From the human T2T-CHM13v2.0 reference genome, Homo sapiens, in the NCBI RefSeq assembly GCF_009914755.1, contig NC_060941.1: a stretch of DNA of 64,000 nucleotides. One strand, written 5' to 3'. The notes beneath the pieces are model-generated. The model ran no database searches. It was not told the DNA's origin and worked only from the letters and a program-made list of their open reading frames with translations. Made by a program: the position numbers and the translations under genes. The first letter of the stretch is position 1. Each line of letters begins with the position of its first letter. Shown one piece after another: positions 62,464-64,000 of this stretch.

Positions 62464-62791
62464 TGACTATTATTTTTAAGGGTTGGGATGCCTTAAAGGT
62501 ACTTTTTTCATAAGAAACACACAAACTACATTATCTGAATTCTGGCCATGTACAGGAAGACATTCTTAAAATATTTTAAAAGCCTCTGATTTTAAGGTGA
62601 ACAGAACCTTTTAAAGGCACTGCAAGTACCCGCTGGTTTACTGCTTTATGTACACACCCTTCGTGGCCACTGAAGATTCTACATGACTGGCTAACTCATT
62701 TTCACAAAATAAGTACCTTTTTGGTCATACCGTGGTGTTAAAAGAAATAGGATCCCAGGAAGGAGGTAGTGAGACATTAAAAACAAAAAAT

Positions 62792-62987
62792 AGGGTGCGG
62801 GTGGAGGGAGAGAGAGCATCAGGAAGAATACCTAATGGATGCTGGGCTTAATACCTGGGTGATGGGATGCTGTGTGGAGTAAACCACCATGGCACACGTT
62901 TACCTATGTAATACATCTGCAAATCCAAATCCTGCACATGTACGCCTGAATTTAAAATAAAAGTTGAAAGAAAGAAAAAAAAAAAAG
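62792..62987 (+). mobile_element. 5'-truncated L1 3' end
   Basis: aaccaccatggcacacgtttacctatgtaa...ctgcacatgta plus A tail. Confidence 0.85.
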
Positions 62988-63689
62988 CAAGAGATCTAGT
63001 TGATAGTCTGTTTTACTAATGATTCACTGGGTAACCCTGGATCAGTCTTCTTAACTCGAAGTGAAGCGCCCAGTAAATAAACTCCCAAAATGCCTTCCAA
63101 GGAAAATATTTTGTTGCCAAATCAATTTGCTCTCTTAATGACTTAGCAGACATGATCTTGGTGATTATATGAAGAACTGCATAATTACAAGTATTCACAG
63201 GAAACCTGGTATTTGCCTATCAGTTTCGGATCCTATGAAGGTTTAAATGAGTCTAATATATGGTTCTTTAAGGATCTACAAACCAGTATGTATTTTAGAA
63301 AAGCTAGTTTTTGCATGAGGAGGATAGGTTTTAGAATGTGAGCCTTTCCAGCATGTTACTACTGTCTTTCCACACTTATTCGGCGCCCACACTGAATTGG
63401 GAAGGTGCTGTGTAAAAACCTGGACAGGACAATACAAAAAATGGTTTTCAGCGCCACTCCTCCTATCCTTACATCTCTTTTCTCTCCAAACTGTTCGAGA
63501 ATCTGATAGATCTCCAGAGTAGCGTCAATCAACTGCACAAAGGTCTGCATTACAACATACAGAGAGAGACATATGGGCTTGTCCAGCTCTTCAGAGCAAG
63601 GACGGCCTGATGCAGACTTTCCAGACCTCTAACATAGGTTAAAGAGAAACGAAGCAAACGCCTGGTGAAAAGCTGGAAACACCTCATAT

Positions 63690-64000
63690 GGGTCCCCGCC
63701 TGGCCTCTCCAAAGCAAATGCCCACCTCTTCCTTCAGTCCCCTGGGGGCGACCGCCCTGCCCCACCCCCGCAGTCGCCTGCCGGCCCTGACCTCCTCGAA
63801 CTGCTCGCTAGAGCAGCCGGCGCCGCGAGCCTCCAGCAGCTCCCGGAACTGCTCCAGAGTGACAGACTCTTCGCCGCGGCCCAGCCGCTCTTCCAGCCAG
63901 CGAAACAACGCGCCGCGATGCCTCGACACCAGCGACTCGCAGGGGGGTGTGGGCAGCAACGCTGCAGCAGCCTCTCGCAGCCTGGCCGGCTCCAGCAGCG
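63690..64000. promoter_or_regulatory. CpG island edge over exon 1 / start of intron 1
   Basis: High GC with dense CpG (ccggcgccgcg, cgcgccgcga). Confidence 0.85.
63792..64000 (-). CDS. ZZEF1: ZZEF1 exon 1 (partial, start codon beyond window)
   Basis: ...EQFRELLEARGAGCSSEQFEE then GAG|gtcagg donor, phase 0; CpG-rich. Confidence 0.95.

Noticed and set aside
63960-64000. ZZEF1 start codon, TSS and the divergent neighbour gene expected beyond exon 1
   Set aside because: Outside the window; not visible

Overview
Mammalian (human-type, very Alu-rich) genomic DNA holding the 5' part of ZZEF1 on the minus strand. I could join 18 GT-AG coding exons (exon 1 cut by the right edge, through exon 18 at 2621-2735) into one continuous frame. 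It encodes the EF-hand region, the APC10/DOC domain and the following region; the start codon and the ZZ zinc fingers lie outside the window. The introns hold about 50 Alus, L1/L2/MIR fragments, MER5/MER44-type DNA transposons, an MLT1-like LTR, a deleted ERV-L provirus, a U13 snoRNA pseudogene, a 66/67-bp VNTR and several local duplications. No CRISPR array or new multi-gene system is supported. The best leads are: a 30-bp tandem repeat whose junctions create three NF-kB sites overlapping RBPJ sites; a 120-bp near-perfect inverted Alu duplication; a possible second jelly-roll domain in exons 9-13; in-frame tandem splice sites at exons 8 and 17; and sister Alus flanking exon 5. Repeat boundaries and subfamilies were read by eye and are approximate.
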